Positions 1-13,721 of a stretch of DNA of 64,000 nucleotides are shown here, one piece after another. The stretch comes from Octopus vulgaris (taxonomy: Eukaryota): assembly GCA_951406725.2 (NCBI GenBank), contig OX597816.1:13454001-13518000 (forward strand), given 5' to 3'. Below the pieces are notes generated by a model. It saw only the letters and a list, made by a program, of their open reading frames with translations. It was not told the origin of the DNA and ran no database searches. A program made the position numbers and the translations under genes. Positions within the stretch are counted from its first letter, which is position 1. Every line of letters begins with the position of its first letter.

Positions 1-389
1 AATGATATTTCCATTCAGCATCAACAATGGCGAAACATCAAGCAGTAACTTGGGGAAAATATGCATTGTTAAAATCTATAAAACTTTCCTTTAAAACGTT
101 CTTAGTACGTTGGTCTTTGAACATGTACACACTTGAATACACAAACACACGCACCCATACACACACATAAAATTTATACATATACGCACATAAATACAAT
201 CACACACGTATACACAGGTGCGTGTACACTTACACAAGGTCGCTAAGAAGTATGGATATTTCTGTAAATATGTATGAAGGAGTGTATACATGAATGTATA
301 TTTAAATTCATACAAACGTATAAAAGAACAAGATAGTCGCAATTATATACATAGACATATACATTGTTACATACATACACGTGTATATA

Positions 390-408
390 TATATTATATA
401 TGTGTGTA

Positions 409-460
<52 letters not shown>

Positions 461-467
461 TATATAT

Positions 468-501
<34 letters not shown>

Positions 502-642
502 TACATATATATACATATACATATATATGAATATTATATGAATAATATATATATATGAATATACATATATATGAATATTATATATATATATATATGTGCG
601 TATTTTCAGATGTATATGTATATATGTATATATATATGTATG

Positions 643-676
<34 letters not shown>

Positions 677-810
677 TGTATGTATGTATGCATGCATGTA
701 TGTATGCATATATGTATGAATGTATATTTATATATATGTATGTATATATATGTGTATGTATATATGAAGATTATATATATATATATATATACATACACAC
801 AAACATAAAT

Positions 811-885
<75 letters not shown>
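390..885. repeat. Compound microsatellite (TA)n/(GA)n/(TATG)n/(CA)n
   Basis: Directly visible dinucleotide and tetranucleotide runs; source of the YI/CV ORFs. Confidence 0.95.
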
Positions 886-886
<1 letters not shown>

Positions 887-1650
887 CCAGTGAGTACCGG
901 AGACAAGGGTATCATTGCCATACTTTGTAGATCGAAATATCAAAGACATCCGCTTGCTTAATGAACGTGAAACCATAATGTGAATTTAATACAGTGATTA
1001 TATAGTTATAATTGTGTATAAGTGTGATTATATGCGTGTAATTACATGTATATGAGTATGTGTGTACGTGTGTGTATGTTCGTATATGTAGGTGTCGATT
1101 TGAAACTCTGCATTTACGTATACGTATCTGTAAGTATACAAAGCTGTAAGTATATGTAGATAAAGGAACCGTTACACTATAAACAAGTATTTAGTACTTC
1201 TAATTATAATAGCGATGAATAATGATGTTAGTAGAGCCAGGGGAATACAGGGGAGTGCAGTTTCGTGTTTTCTTATGCCAGATGGAAACTTCTCGAAGGG
1301 AAATAAATACTGCAGTGCGTTTAATCTGGCATTGCCGCAGCCATTTACGCTACTTAGGACCACCAGGAAATATTATATTAAAGTTTCACATATTTGGTAT
1401 GAAGCCAAATTGTGTACTAGAGGTATACAGATGATTTAATTGGTCTTTCAATATTAGTCGTGCTTATTCTACTTTTGTTCAAGATCTGAGGGAGACAAAG
1501 TCCACTCCAGTGGAATTTAAACTTTGAGCTATGGAGGAGAAATTAAATGGCGCGATATAGTTTGTTCGACATCTTGCATATTCCACTTTAGGAAATGATA
1601 ATAAGTAATAGAGTTGGTTTTTAAGCATGCAATTATATTTATACATACAT

Positions 1651-1697
<47 letters not shown>

Positions 1698-1881
1698 ACT
1701 TAGATAACTTAGATTGATTTCGGCCGTTATCAGCCCAAGCCTTGACTAACTCAATAGCACCATCTGGGTATACATATACATACATACATACATACATACA
1801 TATACACACACACATATATATATATATGCACACAAATACATATTACATATATAGATATAATTACATACATTCATATGTATA

Positions 1882-1918
<37 letters not shown>

Positions 1919-1944
1919 TGTATATATGTGTAATGTAAATATAA

Positions 1945-1978
<34 letters not shown>

Positions 1979-3477
1979 TTTATATATTTATATATATACA
2001 CAACTCGCCGCCTTCATATTGATTATATGCAGTTGCTTCTCGAAAAATTTGGACTTACATTTCAGCTCTGTCCCCTATTTTAAAAACAAAACATATGTTG
2101 CTATATGCCCTCTCATTCACAGTAAAGATTTCATTTCGACTGTCAGGGTTATTTGTAATTCTTGCTTGAATGGAACAAAGAATTTAGCCTTTTTTGAAAA
2201 TTAACAGATCGGTTGCAGTCCTCTTCCCGTGAACCTCTGTCAGAGATTATGATAGGATGACGCCTAACTTGTGGGAAAATTCTGGCAGTCTTTGGATTTT
2301 GCAGCAAAAGGTTCCATATCTAGACAAATGGTTATTCAAAAGGACGATTTCAAACGATTATATTTTGTTAATGTTAACTATATTTTCAATGTTGGCATTG
2401 CATATGTAGAATATATATGTTTATGAAAGGAATTAAAGGTTCTTCTTCGTGACTGTATTTGTCGAGCTTTTGAGTAATTCTTCCTTGATCCATTCTCGTT
2501 TTACGAAGGATTTCTTCAAATCCGGCTATATAAGATTGTGCATGATTATGTTAAGAACTTTAAAAAGCCATTATAATAAAATGAAAGTAATTGTTATATT
2601 ACGAATCTTAGGAATTAAGAAATTATTAATTCTCTTTTATCTCTTCAAGTGAAGCTCCAACATTTAAAAAAAATATTATCCAAGCGTCAATCATTCTAAG
2701 ACGATTTTATTTAGTTATACCCATTCGTTTCAGAAACCCTTTACTAATTCCGCTTGTATATATACATATATTTACATTCATATACCCATATAGTTTTCAT
2801 ATGCTATGTAAACCTATGAAGTCTCTCTGGTTACTATAATCCCGTTCGGTACTCGAGATTGCCGTCAGATTCCACTCTGTCAAATCGTCTGATGAGTTGT
2901 CGACTCGCCAATTAGTCAGCACTCATATTACATCAATTAACTGCACGTACACAGTTTGATTGTTCAAACAAGACTTTTAATTAACAGAACACTTTTAATT
3001 CAAAGTAGCACTACTGCTATGCTAACGAACTCACGTTCAATCTAAGCATTAATGATTTTATCAACATTTTTCCTTGATGACCCCAACTTTATCACAGATA
3101 CATTTTATTGCCTTTTATTTTTCTTTTCGTCCATCTTGTCGTAGGAAAAGCTGTCACATGTAAAGCTGCAAGTATCACGTAGCAAATAAAAAAAAACTTT
3201 GCTTCAAATAAATATTTCAAATCACTTTCTTGAAACGCAAATATGAATTTTCTTGATTTCTTTGAAGATAAGAAATGTCAAATGATACCACCAGACCCCA
3301 GCCCCTGAGCGAAATGGAATCTGCTTTAAACAACTAATAAACGACCGTCTCGCTGCAACTCACACACCACTATTTCAAAAACAACACCAACACATTAATT
3401 TATATGTTACACACTTTAATGAACTCATGCTTTCCGATGCAAACTAGACACCATTCAGTTTTTATTTCCCCTATTTG

Positions 3478-3897
3478 ACTCTTTTACTATTTTACTTGTC
3501 TCAGTCATGTGACTGCGGCCATGCTGGAGCACTGCCTTTAGTTGATCGAGCAAATCGACCCCAGGACTTATTCTTTGTAAGCCTAGTACTTATTCTATCG
3601 GTCTCTTTTGCCGAGCCGCTAAGTTACGGGGACGTAAACACACCAGCATCGGTTGTCAAGCGATGTTGGTGGGGGGACAAACACAGACACAAACATATAC
3701 ACACACATAGATATATATACATATACATATATACGACGGGCTTCTTTCAGTTTCCATCTACCAAATCCACTCACAAGGCTTTGGTCGGCCAGAGGCAGTA
3801 GTAGAAGACACTTGCCCAAGGAGCCACGCAGTGGGATTGAACCCGCTACTATGTGGCTCGTAAGCAAGCTACTTACCACACAGCTACTCCTGCGCCT
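3478..3897 (-). mobile_element. tRNA-derived SINE, family A (full length)
   Basis: Minus strand reads GGCGCAGGAGTAGCTGTGTGGTAAGTAGC (A-box), GGTTCAATCC (B-box), an internal (CA)/(TA) tract and a TAAAAGAG-type tail; about 10 near-identical copies in the window. Confidence 0.9.
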
Positions 3898-6349
3898 ATG
3901 CTGCTTAAGAAATAACAACAACAACATCAAGAAAAGATGTCTGTAAAATTATGCAAGATTAATGTAATAGGAGGATCAAAGGCAACGAGCTGACACTACA
4001 CACACATATACATGAATATATATATTTATGTATATGTTTATACATATATATATATATGAACACACACATATATATAAATTTAAATAAATAAATATATATA
4101 TAAGTATATATATGTATATATGTGTGTGTATGTATGTATTTATATATGTATGTATGTATGTATGCATGTATGTATGTATACCCATTCAACTATCGCTGCA
4201 ACAACCGAAATCAAACTACCTACGCAATGAAGCGATCCCAACAATTCATAGCTGTGATGTGTAGGGCGATTCTCACTCTATCTGATGGTGTTCCAAATAT
4301 TCTACACAGAACATACAGCTGATGATATCGAGGTAGGGTTCACTTGTCACATATTCTACTTGAGGTTTACAAAAAGGAAATTACTTAACCCAGTATAATA
4401 AGGAGCATTCTCGAAAGTACCTACTCCCCTTTGCTTCGGATCCTCCTCTTTATTCGTCTGCAGCCTCGTCAATATTTTCCCGGGGCCTCCGCACAATTTG
4501 CCCCGATCTTTCTCACGTTTTACCAAGCGTGTCTTTCCTATTCACTCAGAGCTCAGAGCTTCCTTTTTCTCTCTCTGCGGAAAAAAGATACTCCACGTAT
4601 TACAAAAGTCAACCGTATCCTCTATCATGAAAACTGAACTATTATCCAACTACCACAAATACGTGTGTGATCTAACTTGGAAGTATGCAGTCCTGGCAGA
4701 CTTTTTTTCACGTAGTTTTCACTCCGGCGTGCTGGCTATAAGCAAGACCTATATATTCCCCATACATACGTATGTCTGTATAGGCGTATAAGATTGCAAG
4801 TAAGAATCAGTAGGAGTGTCTGTGAATTTGATCCAGGCTATAATATGTACGCATTTGATGCACGCAATGGTTTCCTTTAGACGCCATATATGTGCGTGTG
4901 AATAGACGCCATATATGTGCGTGTGAGTATGGAGTGAGTGGATGGGGAGTGCATGCACATGTTTCAGCCTCTGTAACAAATCTTGTGTGAGCAAGAGCCA
5001 TTTTGTTCAGGTTTTTATCTTTGTACATAGTTAACATTAGATATATGCATATGTAAATGTGTTGAGAGTATTCATTAGCAACTATCACGAAGGTACATAT
5101 GTCGTAGAGCCGATAGTCTGAATAGCAGTGGCCATATGCACGCACACTAAAACGTCTGCCTGTCTCCCCAAAGACCTATGTACTTAAATAGACATATACA
5201 CACACATTTGCGATTAACAGAATATCAATAGAAAATAGTAATGAATATATGTATATATATATGTATGTTTGTGCTTGTATGTGCGTCTATAGCTGCGTTT
5301 ATGTGTGTAATTATACCTCTGCGAGTTGGAGTGTGTAAAAGTATGAATATTTGTATTAATATCTGTGTATATTTATTGTAGGTATAATTATATACATACT
5401 TACACATTTATTTCTGCTTATGCTATAAATGAACAAATATATTCTTTGTATGTGTGTGTATGAGAGAGGGAGAGACAGAGATATAAAGAAAAGAGGAGAG
5501 AAACAGAGGGAGAGAGAGAAAGAGTGTATACATTCGTGTGCTTTATGTATATACATGTGCGTGCGTTTATGCGTGAATGTCCTTTTTATTGACGCCTGTA
5601 CATATTTCAACTCACCTATATTATCTCCAGATATATAAACACATTTTACACGAGTCCGTATGGTTGTTTCCTTCAGAGAAGCTTTATATATGCTCATGTG
5701 TGTTTGAGACAGAATGTGCATAGCTATGTAGAAAGATATAATTGTAATATGCCTATGCATTATTGATGTACAATTGCATGTCTGCAGGCATAAATCCATG
5801 ACTGACTGTGAAAACCATATCGGAAGCTGCTAATACATAGCAACAGTTCAGAAACTAAATTACAGACTTACTTGTGCCTACATTTGTCCGATTATAGCGA
5901 ATAAATATGCCCACCGTAATCATTAATATTTAATCAAATACTCCTCTAAACTTACATCATTTTCTCACCCCCCCTCCTTGTTCGATTTTCCTTCTTTTAT
6001 ATCATGGTATGAGATTGCAAACTGGCGGGGCCAATAGAGAACTTTGATAATCTAAGCCGAGAGATTCTCGATATTCGGTATTCGGTTACTTGCACCGTTC
6101 ATAACCAACACACCCGACTCCTCGCACTTCACATAATGGACAGAAGGCTTACGATATAATACGTTGTATATGATGGTGTGTGTGTGTGTGATGGAATAGG
6201 AATCTTGAAAATATCTTAAAAGCAAAAAGAGGAACCCATTCAACTACCAAACAGTGAATCTATATTATTTACAATAATGCAAAAATGTCTTGCCTAAGTC
6301 TAAGACATGGATAGAGCATTTGCAAATGTAGAAAATCATAGGTTTCTAC

Positions 6350-6411
<62 letters not shown>

Positions 6412-6415
<4 letters not shown>

Positions 6416-6758
6416 AATAGTAAAGAGTGAAAAAACGACAGAAGGCTTAAATGTTAAAAAATATATATATTTGTGTCAAAATGTCTGGAGAATATTGGAA
6501 AAATTTTTTCCTTTCCTTAAAATGACATAATTTTATAATTTTTAAAGAAATACCGGTTTCGCGTGTAGCTTTTCAAATTTCTTGTAAAAAATTTGAAAAG
6601 CTACACGCGAAACCGGTATTTCTTTAAAAATTATAAAATTATGTCATTTTAAGAAAAGGAAAAAAATTTTTCCAATATTCTCCAGACATTTTGACACAAA
6701 TATATATATTTTTTAACATTTAAGCCTTCTGTCGTTTTTTCACTCTTTACTATTTTCT
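6412..6758. repeat. Near-perfect 347-bp palindrome (two inverted Penelope-like ends)
   Basis: Arms 6412-6580 and 6588-6758 are reverse complements with very few mismatches, with a 7-nt loop. Each arm carries CGCGAAACCGGTA (3' half of a hammerhead-like motif). It abuts (TA)n. Confidence 0.85.
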
Positions 6759-6798
6759 TATATATTCACCCACGTGCTTTACCAAACAAACTTTCTTA

Positions 6799-6837
<39 letters not shown>

Positions 6838-7259
6838 GGCAGTTTGTCTGTCTGTGTGCCTGTGTGTCTGTCAGGTTGTACCCTCACCCTCACCTCGGCT
6901 TTCAACCGATTCTGATGAAACTTCACACACACATAGTCCAATGTCATAATTCAAAACTAACGCAGCGAAAATTTTGAAAAGTCCCCCCAGTTCTGAAAAA
7001 GATCGATAAATTCGACATGGGGTCGAGAATCTAAGCTTTTTATATGCAACACATTTTCTGTCTAGGGGACACAACTCGACCTTTTTATCGCCCAAAGGGA
7101 CAGCTAGGAACATCGCATACACAGAAGTATTCGAGTGAAGAGAAGACATTGCAACCTACACATGCGCCTTCGTTCCCTAGAGGGAAAGGACTAGATTGGG
7201 ATTAGTCGTTGCCTACTAGGGGCTCTTACATACCCGGGCAATGCTGGGCTATGCTGCTA

Positions 7260-7260
<1 letters not shown>
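6799..7260 (+). mobile_element. Non-autonomous Helitron-like element (family H2)
   Basis: A|TC 5' end, subterminal GC-rich hairpin CCCGGGCAATGCTGGG, CTAG|T 3' end; no flanking duplication seen. Confidence 0.75.
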
Positions 7261-7327
<67 letters not shown>

Positions 7328-7823
7328 ATATGTATAGATGTATATGTATGGATGTATATGTATGGATGTATATATATACATGTATGTATATATAGATTTA
7401 TATGTATATATATATACGTGTACATAAATATGTATGTGTATTTATATGTATATGTATATATGTATATATATATATATACGTGTACATAAATATGTATGTG
7501 TATTTATATGTATATATATATATGTATAAATATATACGTGTACATAAATATGTATGTGTATATCTATGTATATATATGTATGTATATAAATGCACATGTA
7601 TATACGTATATATATATGTGTGTGTATATATGTATGTATACATATATATGTATTATTGTGTATATATATATATATGTGTGTGTGTGTGTATATATATATC
7701 CATGTGTACATATATACACGTAAATATATATATGTATATGTATGTATATAATACATGTAGATATATATACATATGTATATGCATGTATATTTATATATAT
7801 ATACGTATATGTATGTATGTAAG

Positions 7824-7856
<33 letters not shown>

Positions 7857-7899
7857 TTCATATATATACATATATACTTACATATGTATATATGTTTGC

Positions 7900-7969
<70 letters not shown>
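7261..7969. repeat. Compound microsatellite (TA)n/(TATG)n/(TG)n with higher-order repeats of TACGTGTACATAAATATGTATGTG
   Basis: Directly visible. Confidence 0.95.
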
Positions 7970-7970
<1 letters not shown>

Positions 7971-8489
7971 AAGCCAATGAATTGCCTCGTTCTCACTCCA
8001 AATAATTTATCTTCTTTTCCTGTTACTGTTGTAATTTTTCTAAAGTAAAACCAGGCGCAGTCCGCCAAAAAAGAAAGTGACAAAGTATTTTCAGATACTT
8101 CATGCGATAGGTGCGTAGATCAAAGCAAAGGTTTTGTTGATAGCGTATACTTCAAGAGAAGTCATTGATAAAACTCAGTCGAATTGATAAACTATAGTGT
8201 TGGGAATGAAACTAATTTTTGTCAAATTGTTTTCATGCAGATATCTCATTCAGAGATATATCTATATTTTGTAGCTTCTTCTGAAAATCACAAAATAATT
8301 CATATTTATCATTGAAGTTTTTAGAAAAATATTCATTCAGATTTATCGGCCAAAAGGTGACGAGTGAATGCTAATAGATATTTATTCATTCAATATCGAA
8401 CATTTACAAGTTGAAATAGACATGTCATAATATCGATATATTATATTCTATATGATTCAATACCCTATTTAGCAAATGAACTTCTTTGA

Positions 8490-9148
8490 AAATCCAAAAG
8501 TTATTGGGTTACTGATAGACATGCAAACAGGATTTACAAAATACTGTTGCCTGTTATGTTTACTGTGCAACCGCGAAACCACAATCGACTCTATGTTATA
8601 TGATAGGCCACTAATAACTCTATGTTATATGATAGGCCACTAATATCAACACGTGTCCCAGTAACTAGCACTGTTAATTTTCTCTTAAGGTGATCCATAT
8701 TAAACTTGGTTTACTAAAATATTTTGGAATAGCAAGGGCTAAAATCTTCTCCAGATGAATTCCCAAATGTGAATACAGAAAGTTAAGGGGAAAAGTTTTG
8801 CTAAGGTGCGAATGAAGGAAGTTTTAGATACCATATTTGACCAAAACCGCCATACACTGGAATTATAAGTTTGGCTGACTTTTAACTGGTTATTCAAAAC
8901 CTCTCTGCTGAATAATAATTACCTGGAATATATGAGCGGAATGAGAATGTTTTTTATGCGTATAATGTCATGGTCTATCGAATGTTAATAACACAGTTTC
9001 TATTTTCTCATCTGGAATTTTTACAGATAATTTTAGTGCAGTTAACAGAGGACAAGAAGAACAGTTCCTTCAAGTTATCCATGTTATGAAAACATGGTGT
9101 CTGAGATTTCAGAATGAAAATGCAATGGCCGCCTATTGCAGGATGGAA
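8490..9148 (+). mobile_element. Decayed Chapaev3-like (CMC superfamily) transposase remnant
   Basis: Broken frames give KVIGLLIDMQTGFTKYCCLLC, IHIKLGLLKYF and LFSHLEFF..NFSAVNRGQEEQFLQVIHVM..NENAMAAYCRM. These match the recalled Chapaev3 motifs DLKV..LLGMQ.GFTKYCCFLC, LHIKLGLMKNF and HSHLDFFPENLGAVSDEHGERFHQDI..MMADYCW. Confidence 0.7.
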
Positions 9149-9149
9149 T

Positions 9150-9878
9150 GTTTGAGTTTAACCGCTCACTTCGAGATACAGAATCCCATCCTTATATCCT
9201 TGCTGCACATTTGCACAGTCTCAACCAGCCTCTCCATTTCAGGCTCTGATTTTGTGAACAGTTCTAAATCATCCATAAAGAAAAGGTTGTTGAGACGAGA
9301 TCCGTTCTTTCTCAGCTCACAGTGCACGTTGACTTTGCGTAGGACTAACGAAAAGTGGGATCAAGGTTATAACAAATGACAGTGGTAAACAAGAGTCTCC
9401 TTGGAAGATACCTCTTTTGATTGTTACCTCGACTAAGAGCTGGTTGTTACAGGAAAGACGTGTTTTCCAATAATTTTAAGGTGAAGGAGTACTTTGATAA
9501 CATAGCTCCTCGGTACTTGATCGAGTCTTTATTTTATCGACCCCGAAAGGAAGAGTGGTGATGTTTGGCTTTAGCAGGATTTGTGTATGGGTGGATGGGT
9601 GTGTTCTTAATCAGTGCACACACGTTCTCAACTATTCCACGCATGTCGAGTGTTTCTAAAATCCACGAATGCGGCAACATGTCGTAAGCCTTGTTTTAGA
9701 TTCTATCCAGGCCATGCATAAGTTTTTTGGGTACCGTTTACAGTTCTTCATTATAACCTTGTCTATGACAAGGTGATCCCTGGTGCTCTGGGATCCTTTT
9801 CGGCATCCTTTTTGTTCTACTGATAGTAGATTGTTTTCCGCAAGGAACGTATATATTTTCCCCTGCGAGGATACCTGC
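9150..9878 (-). mobile_element. R4/Dong-clade non-LTR reverse transcriptase fragment (pseudogenised, interrupted at about 9472-9603)
   Basis: Minus-strand translation: EQKGCRKGSQSTRDHLVIDKVIMKNCK..LCMAWI..KAYDMLPHSWI and IKRGIFQGDS..PL..LNNLFFMDDLELF..SKDIRMGF; frameshifts and stops present. Confidence 0.85.
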
Positions 9879-10469
9879 TAATATTTTCCTATTATTTGTA
9901 TTATTATTAATTATCAATTATTCATCTAAACGTGTCAAAAGTCCACGAAAATATTTTTAACAGGATTATTTTAGGGAAAAAGATCGGGGGACGGCGTTTG
10001 TGAGTGGGTGGATGGGTGTGTGTGAGTGTTCCAGTTTTACAAACAGAATTCTTCGGATCATTTAGTAAGTTTATCACATTTTTCTGAAATACGACGATTT
10101 ATCGTTCAGCATTTTAAGTATTTTATAAAACAGCTTGTAGCAATACGATACGTGATTCAAAATATTTTCAGAAGCGACAGGAAGCGATGCTTCCGATAGT
10201 GATAGCGGCATTTGCCTCAGTAATGTAAACAAACACGTCCCCCAAATAATTTTCAATTACCAAAATAGATTAAATATAAATAGACAAAGAAATTAGTACA
10301 AAGGCTACGTTCCAAGATTATTCGTTTGTATTTGTACAGTAAAGGGAAAAAAAGCACAAAGAAGGAGAATGTTTGTGAAAATAGAAATTTCAAGAGACGG
10401 AAACAGCATAAGCAGCGTCAATAACCCAACTTACTCCACCACCACCACCACCACCAATAATAATGGTTT

Positions 10470-10685
10470 TTAATGTTGGCACAAGGCCTGTAATTTTAAG
10501 GTGAAGGAGTACTTTGATAACATAGCTCCTCGGTACTTCACTGAGTCTTTATTTTATCGTCCCCGAAAGGAAGAATGGTGATGTTTGGCTTTAGCTGGAT
10601 TTGAACTCAGAATTCAAAACCAAGAAGAATTATTACTAAGTATTTTTCCATCGTTCTCAAGATTCTGCTAGTTTGTCACATTAAC
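10470..10685 (-). mobile_element. Old diverged SINE-B-related copy
   Basis: Degenerate TTTATCGxCCCCGAAAGGAxGAA..GGATTTGAACTCAGAA core. Confidence 0.6.
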
Positions 10686-10699
10686 AACGATAATAATAA

Positions 10700-11099
10700 T
10701 ACTTTCTACTATAGGCACAAGGCCTGAAATTTTGGGGATAGGGGCAAGTCGATGACATCGACCCCAGTACTCAACTGGTACTTAATCTATCGACCCCGAA
10801 AAGATGAAAGGCAAAGTCGACCTCGGTGGAATTTGAACTCAGAACGTAACGGCAGACGAAATACCTATTTCTTTACTACCCACAAGGGTCTCAGCACAGA
10901 GGGGACAAACAAGGACAGACAAATGGATTAAGTCGATTATATCGGCCCCAGTGCGTAACTGGTACTTATTTAATCGACCCCGAAAGGATGACAGGCAAGG
11001 TCGACCTCGGCGGAATTTGAACTCAGAACGTAACGGCAGACGAAATACGGCCACGCATTTCGTCCGGCGTGCTAACGTGTCTGCAAGCTCGCCGCCTTA
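10700..11099 (-). mobile_element. SINE family B, head-to-tail dimer
   Basis: Head AAGGCGGCGAGC..AGAxxCGTTAGCACGCC, B-box GAGTTCAAATTCC, central GTCGACTTTGCCTTTCATCCTTTCGGGGTCGAT domain (resembles the MetaSINE/Sauria-type core); internal junction AAAGAAATAG|GTATTTCGTC near 10865. Confidence 0.88.
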
Positions 11100-11801
11100 A
11101 ACAGCAATAATAATAATAATGATACAATTTTCTATCTTTTCCAAATGTTTCTGTGTTTAAAAACAGCGATTCAATATGAGCGAGTGCAAAGAAATTGAGA
11201 AGGAATGAGCGAAGTGTGTCGATAAAAACAGGTTTACTTGCCTGATTTTATCGACTCACTTTGCTTAGGAAAAAGCGAGAAGCTGACATGCCACACTTCT
11301 TCAAATTTAAGGTTGGCTTTCCTAATGCTTTCTAAAGAAGAGTTCGACGGTGTCTTACAGACGTACAATATAATGTGTACTCTCTCAACCGAGGCAGAGC
11401 ATATTGAAATTCGTACGTGGTGTTAAAGATCGACAATCAGATTATGAAGGAAGTCAAGCAAGTCCTAATATGTACCAGGTCGATACCAAATTGCCATATG
11501 CATGTAAAACAGTGGAATTCAAAATCCTGTACATATTCATTCGCATCAGCAAATAGTTTTTCCTGAATTCTATTAGCAGTAGTGGTCATTCTTGATTAAC
11601 TGCATTGATCGGGAAGAGTTTTCGCTGAAGAGACACAATCAAGTTGAAACGCCAGTATCGCAAAGTTCTTTCACGTAAATGAATCCACATCGGTCATCAG
11701 CACATCTGAAAAGATCAGTTTGTTTTATAAGGGGAAATACGACAGCTATTAACATCCCTACATTCAAATCTGCAGGAACATATTCACAATATTTACGCCA
11801 T

Positions 11802-11967
11802 AGGCGTAGGAGTGGCTGTGTGGTAAGTAGCTTACTTACCAACCACATGGTTCCGGGTTCAGTCCCACTGCGTGGCACCTTGGGCAAGTGTTTTCTACTA
11901 TAGCCTCAGGCCGACCAAAGCCTTCTGAGTTACGGAAACTGAAAGAAGCCCGTCGTATATATGTATG

Positions 11968-12043
<76 letters not shown>

Positions 12044-12255
12044 TGTGTCTGCGTTTGTTCCCCCAACATCACTTGACAACCGATGCTGGTGTGTTTACAT
12101 CCCCGTAACTTAGCGGTTCGGCAAAAGATACCGATAAAATAAGTACTAGGCTTACAAAGAATAAGTCATGGTGTCGATTTACTCGACCAAAAGGCGGTGC
12201 TCCAGGATGGCCACAGTCACATGACTGAAACAAGTGAAAAGTAGAGTAAAAAAGA
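11802..12255 (+). mobile_element. SINE family A (full length)
   Basis: GGCGTAGGAGTGGCTGTGTGGTAAGTAGC head, GGTTCAGTCC B-box, internal (TA)(TG) tract, GACTGAAACAAGT tail. Confidence 0.9.
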
Positions 12256-12719
12256 AGTATCGTTTTGGTTCCCGCTCTTTTACGTGCACATGATAATTAA
12301 TTATGGACTTTTAGTACTAAATGCTTACATCAACCGAATACACTTTCCATTATCCAAACATATATTGCCTGCATTCCAGTCTATGAATTTATTATGTTCT
12401 TCTTTATATTAAATATTGCGAAAAAAGCTATCATGCTTTTATTAAAATTTTCTTTTCTTAGAATTAGAATACATCTACGCATAATGTACTCTACTTATAC
12501 AAGCTGTTCTTGTAAATTAATTACAATATATTTAGTCTAGACCTGCAGCTAAATAATTCAAACACGATTTCGTAATTGACAAAAAAAATAAAATAGTTCA
12601 AATACGAAAGAACTTGTTAAGATGAATAAGACGTACTCAACAAATATAATTTTATTAAACTATCCATACCAAGTAAATGTCAGGAATACCCATAAACTTT
12701 TCAAATCTTTTAAATATGC

Positions 12720-13018
12720 ATATATATATATATATGTATGTATGTGTGTGTGTATATGTGTGTGTGTATATGTATATATGTGTGTGTGTGTGTGTATATG
12801 TATATATGTGTGTGCGTGTGTATGTATGTATGTATATATGTGTGTGTATGTGTATATATGTATATATATATATGTGTGTGTGTATATGTATATATGTGTG
12901 TGTGTGTATATGTGTGTGTGTGTATATATATGTGTGTGTGTGTATATATATATGTGTGTGTGTATATGTGTGTGTGTCTATATGTGTGTGTGTGTATATG
13001 TGTGTGTATATATGTATA

Positions 13019-13087
<69 letters not shown>

Positions 13088-13098
13088 ATATGTATATG
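12720..13098. repeat. Compound (TA)n/(TG)n microsatellite
   Basis: Directly visible. Confidence 0.95.
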
Positions 13099-13315
13099 TT
13101 ATCATCCAGACACCGATACACGTCTTAATTTACAAAGATATTTGTGTACGCAAAAATACTATGAACTAATAAGATTACCAACTATTTTTAGTGGGAGGAA
13201 ATATTTTAATATGTTATATCATTAAATCTTATATGTTTATAAACTTACTACGATTCTAATTAAATCAGAATATTTTATAGAATTATTTCTAAACTAAGCT
13301 GAAACTATCATTGCT

Positions 13316-13533
13316 CTTTGCTCTTTAACTCTTTTACTTGTTTCAGTCATGACTGTGGCCAGGCTGGAGTACTGCCTTTAGTCGAGCAAATCGACCCCAG
13401 GACTTATTCTTTGGAAGCCTAGTACTTATTCTATCGGGCCCTTTTGCCGAACCGCTAAGTTACGAGGACGTAAACACACCTAGCATCGGTTCTCAAGCGA
13501 TGTTGGGGGACAAACACAGACACACAAACATAT

Positions 13534-13578
<45 letters not shown>

Positions 13579-13721
13579 TACGACGGACTTCTTTCAGTTT
13601 CCGTCTATCAAATCCACTCACAAGGCTTTGGTTGACCCGAGGCTATAGTAGAAGACATTTTCCCAAGATGCCACGCAGTGGGACTGAACTTGGAACCATG
13701 TGGTTGGTAAGCAAGCTACTT
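13316..13721 (-). mobile_element. SINE family A lacking its first ~23 nt (A-box), fused to the 3' end of an ORF1-like element
   Basis: Match to SINE-A stops at AAGCTACTT (13721), where ACCACACAGCCACTCC is expected. Confidence 0.88.

Noticed and set aside
243-930. Long YI/CV/HT-rich ORFs here and in other microsatellite blocks (7241-8083, 12622-13225, 27048-29742, 41083-41492, 51825-52557)
   Set aside because: Translations of (TA)n/(TG)n/(CA)n repeats, which lack stop codons.
2889-2920. CTGATGAG followed by a small stem, as a possible hammerhead
   Set aside because: No GAAA or stem III/UH follows.
8588-8645. 29-bp tandem duplication (also 24-26 bp repeats at 4878-4926)
   Set aside because: Ordinary slippage duplications with no further structure.
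11802-11875. tRNA genes at the SINE heads (families A-E)
   Set aside because: A and B boxes are present, but the cloverleafs are imperfect and always continue into SINE bodies.
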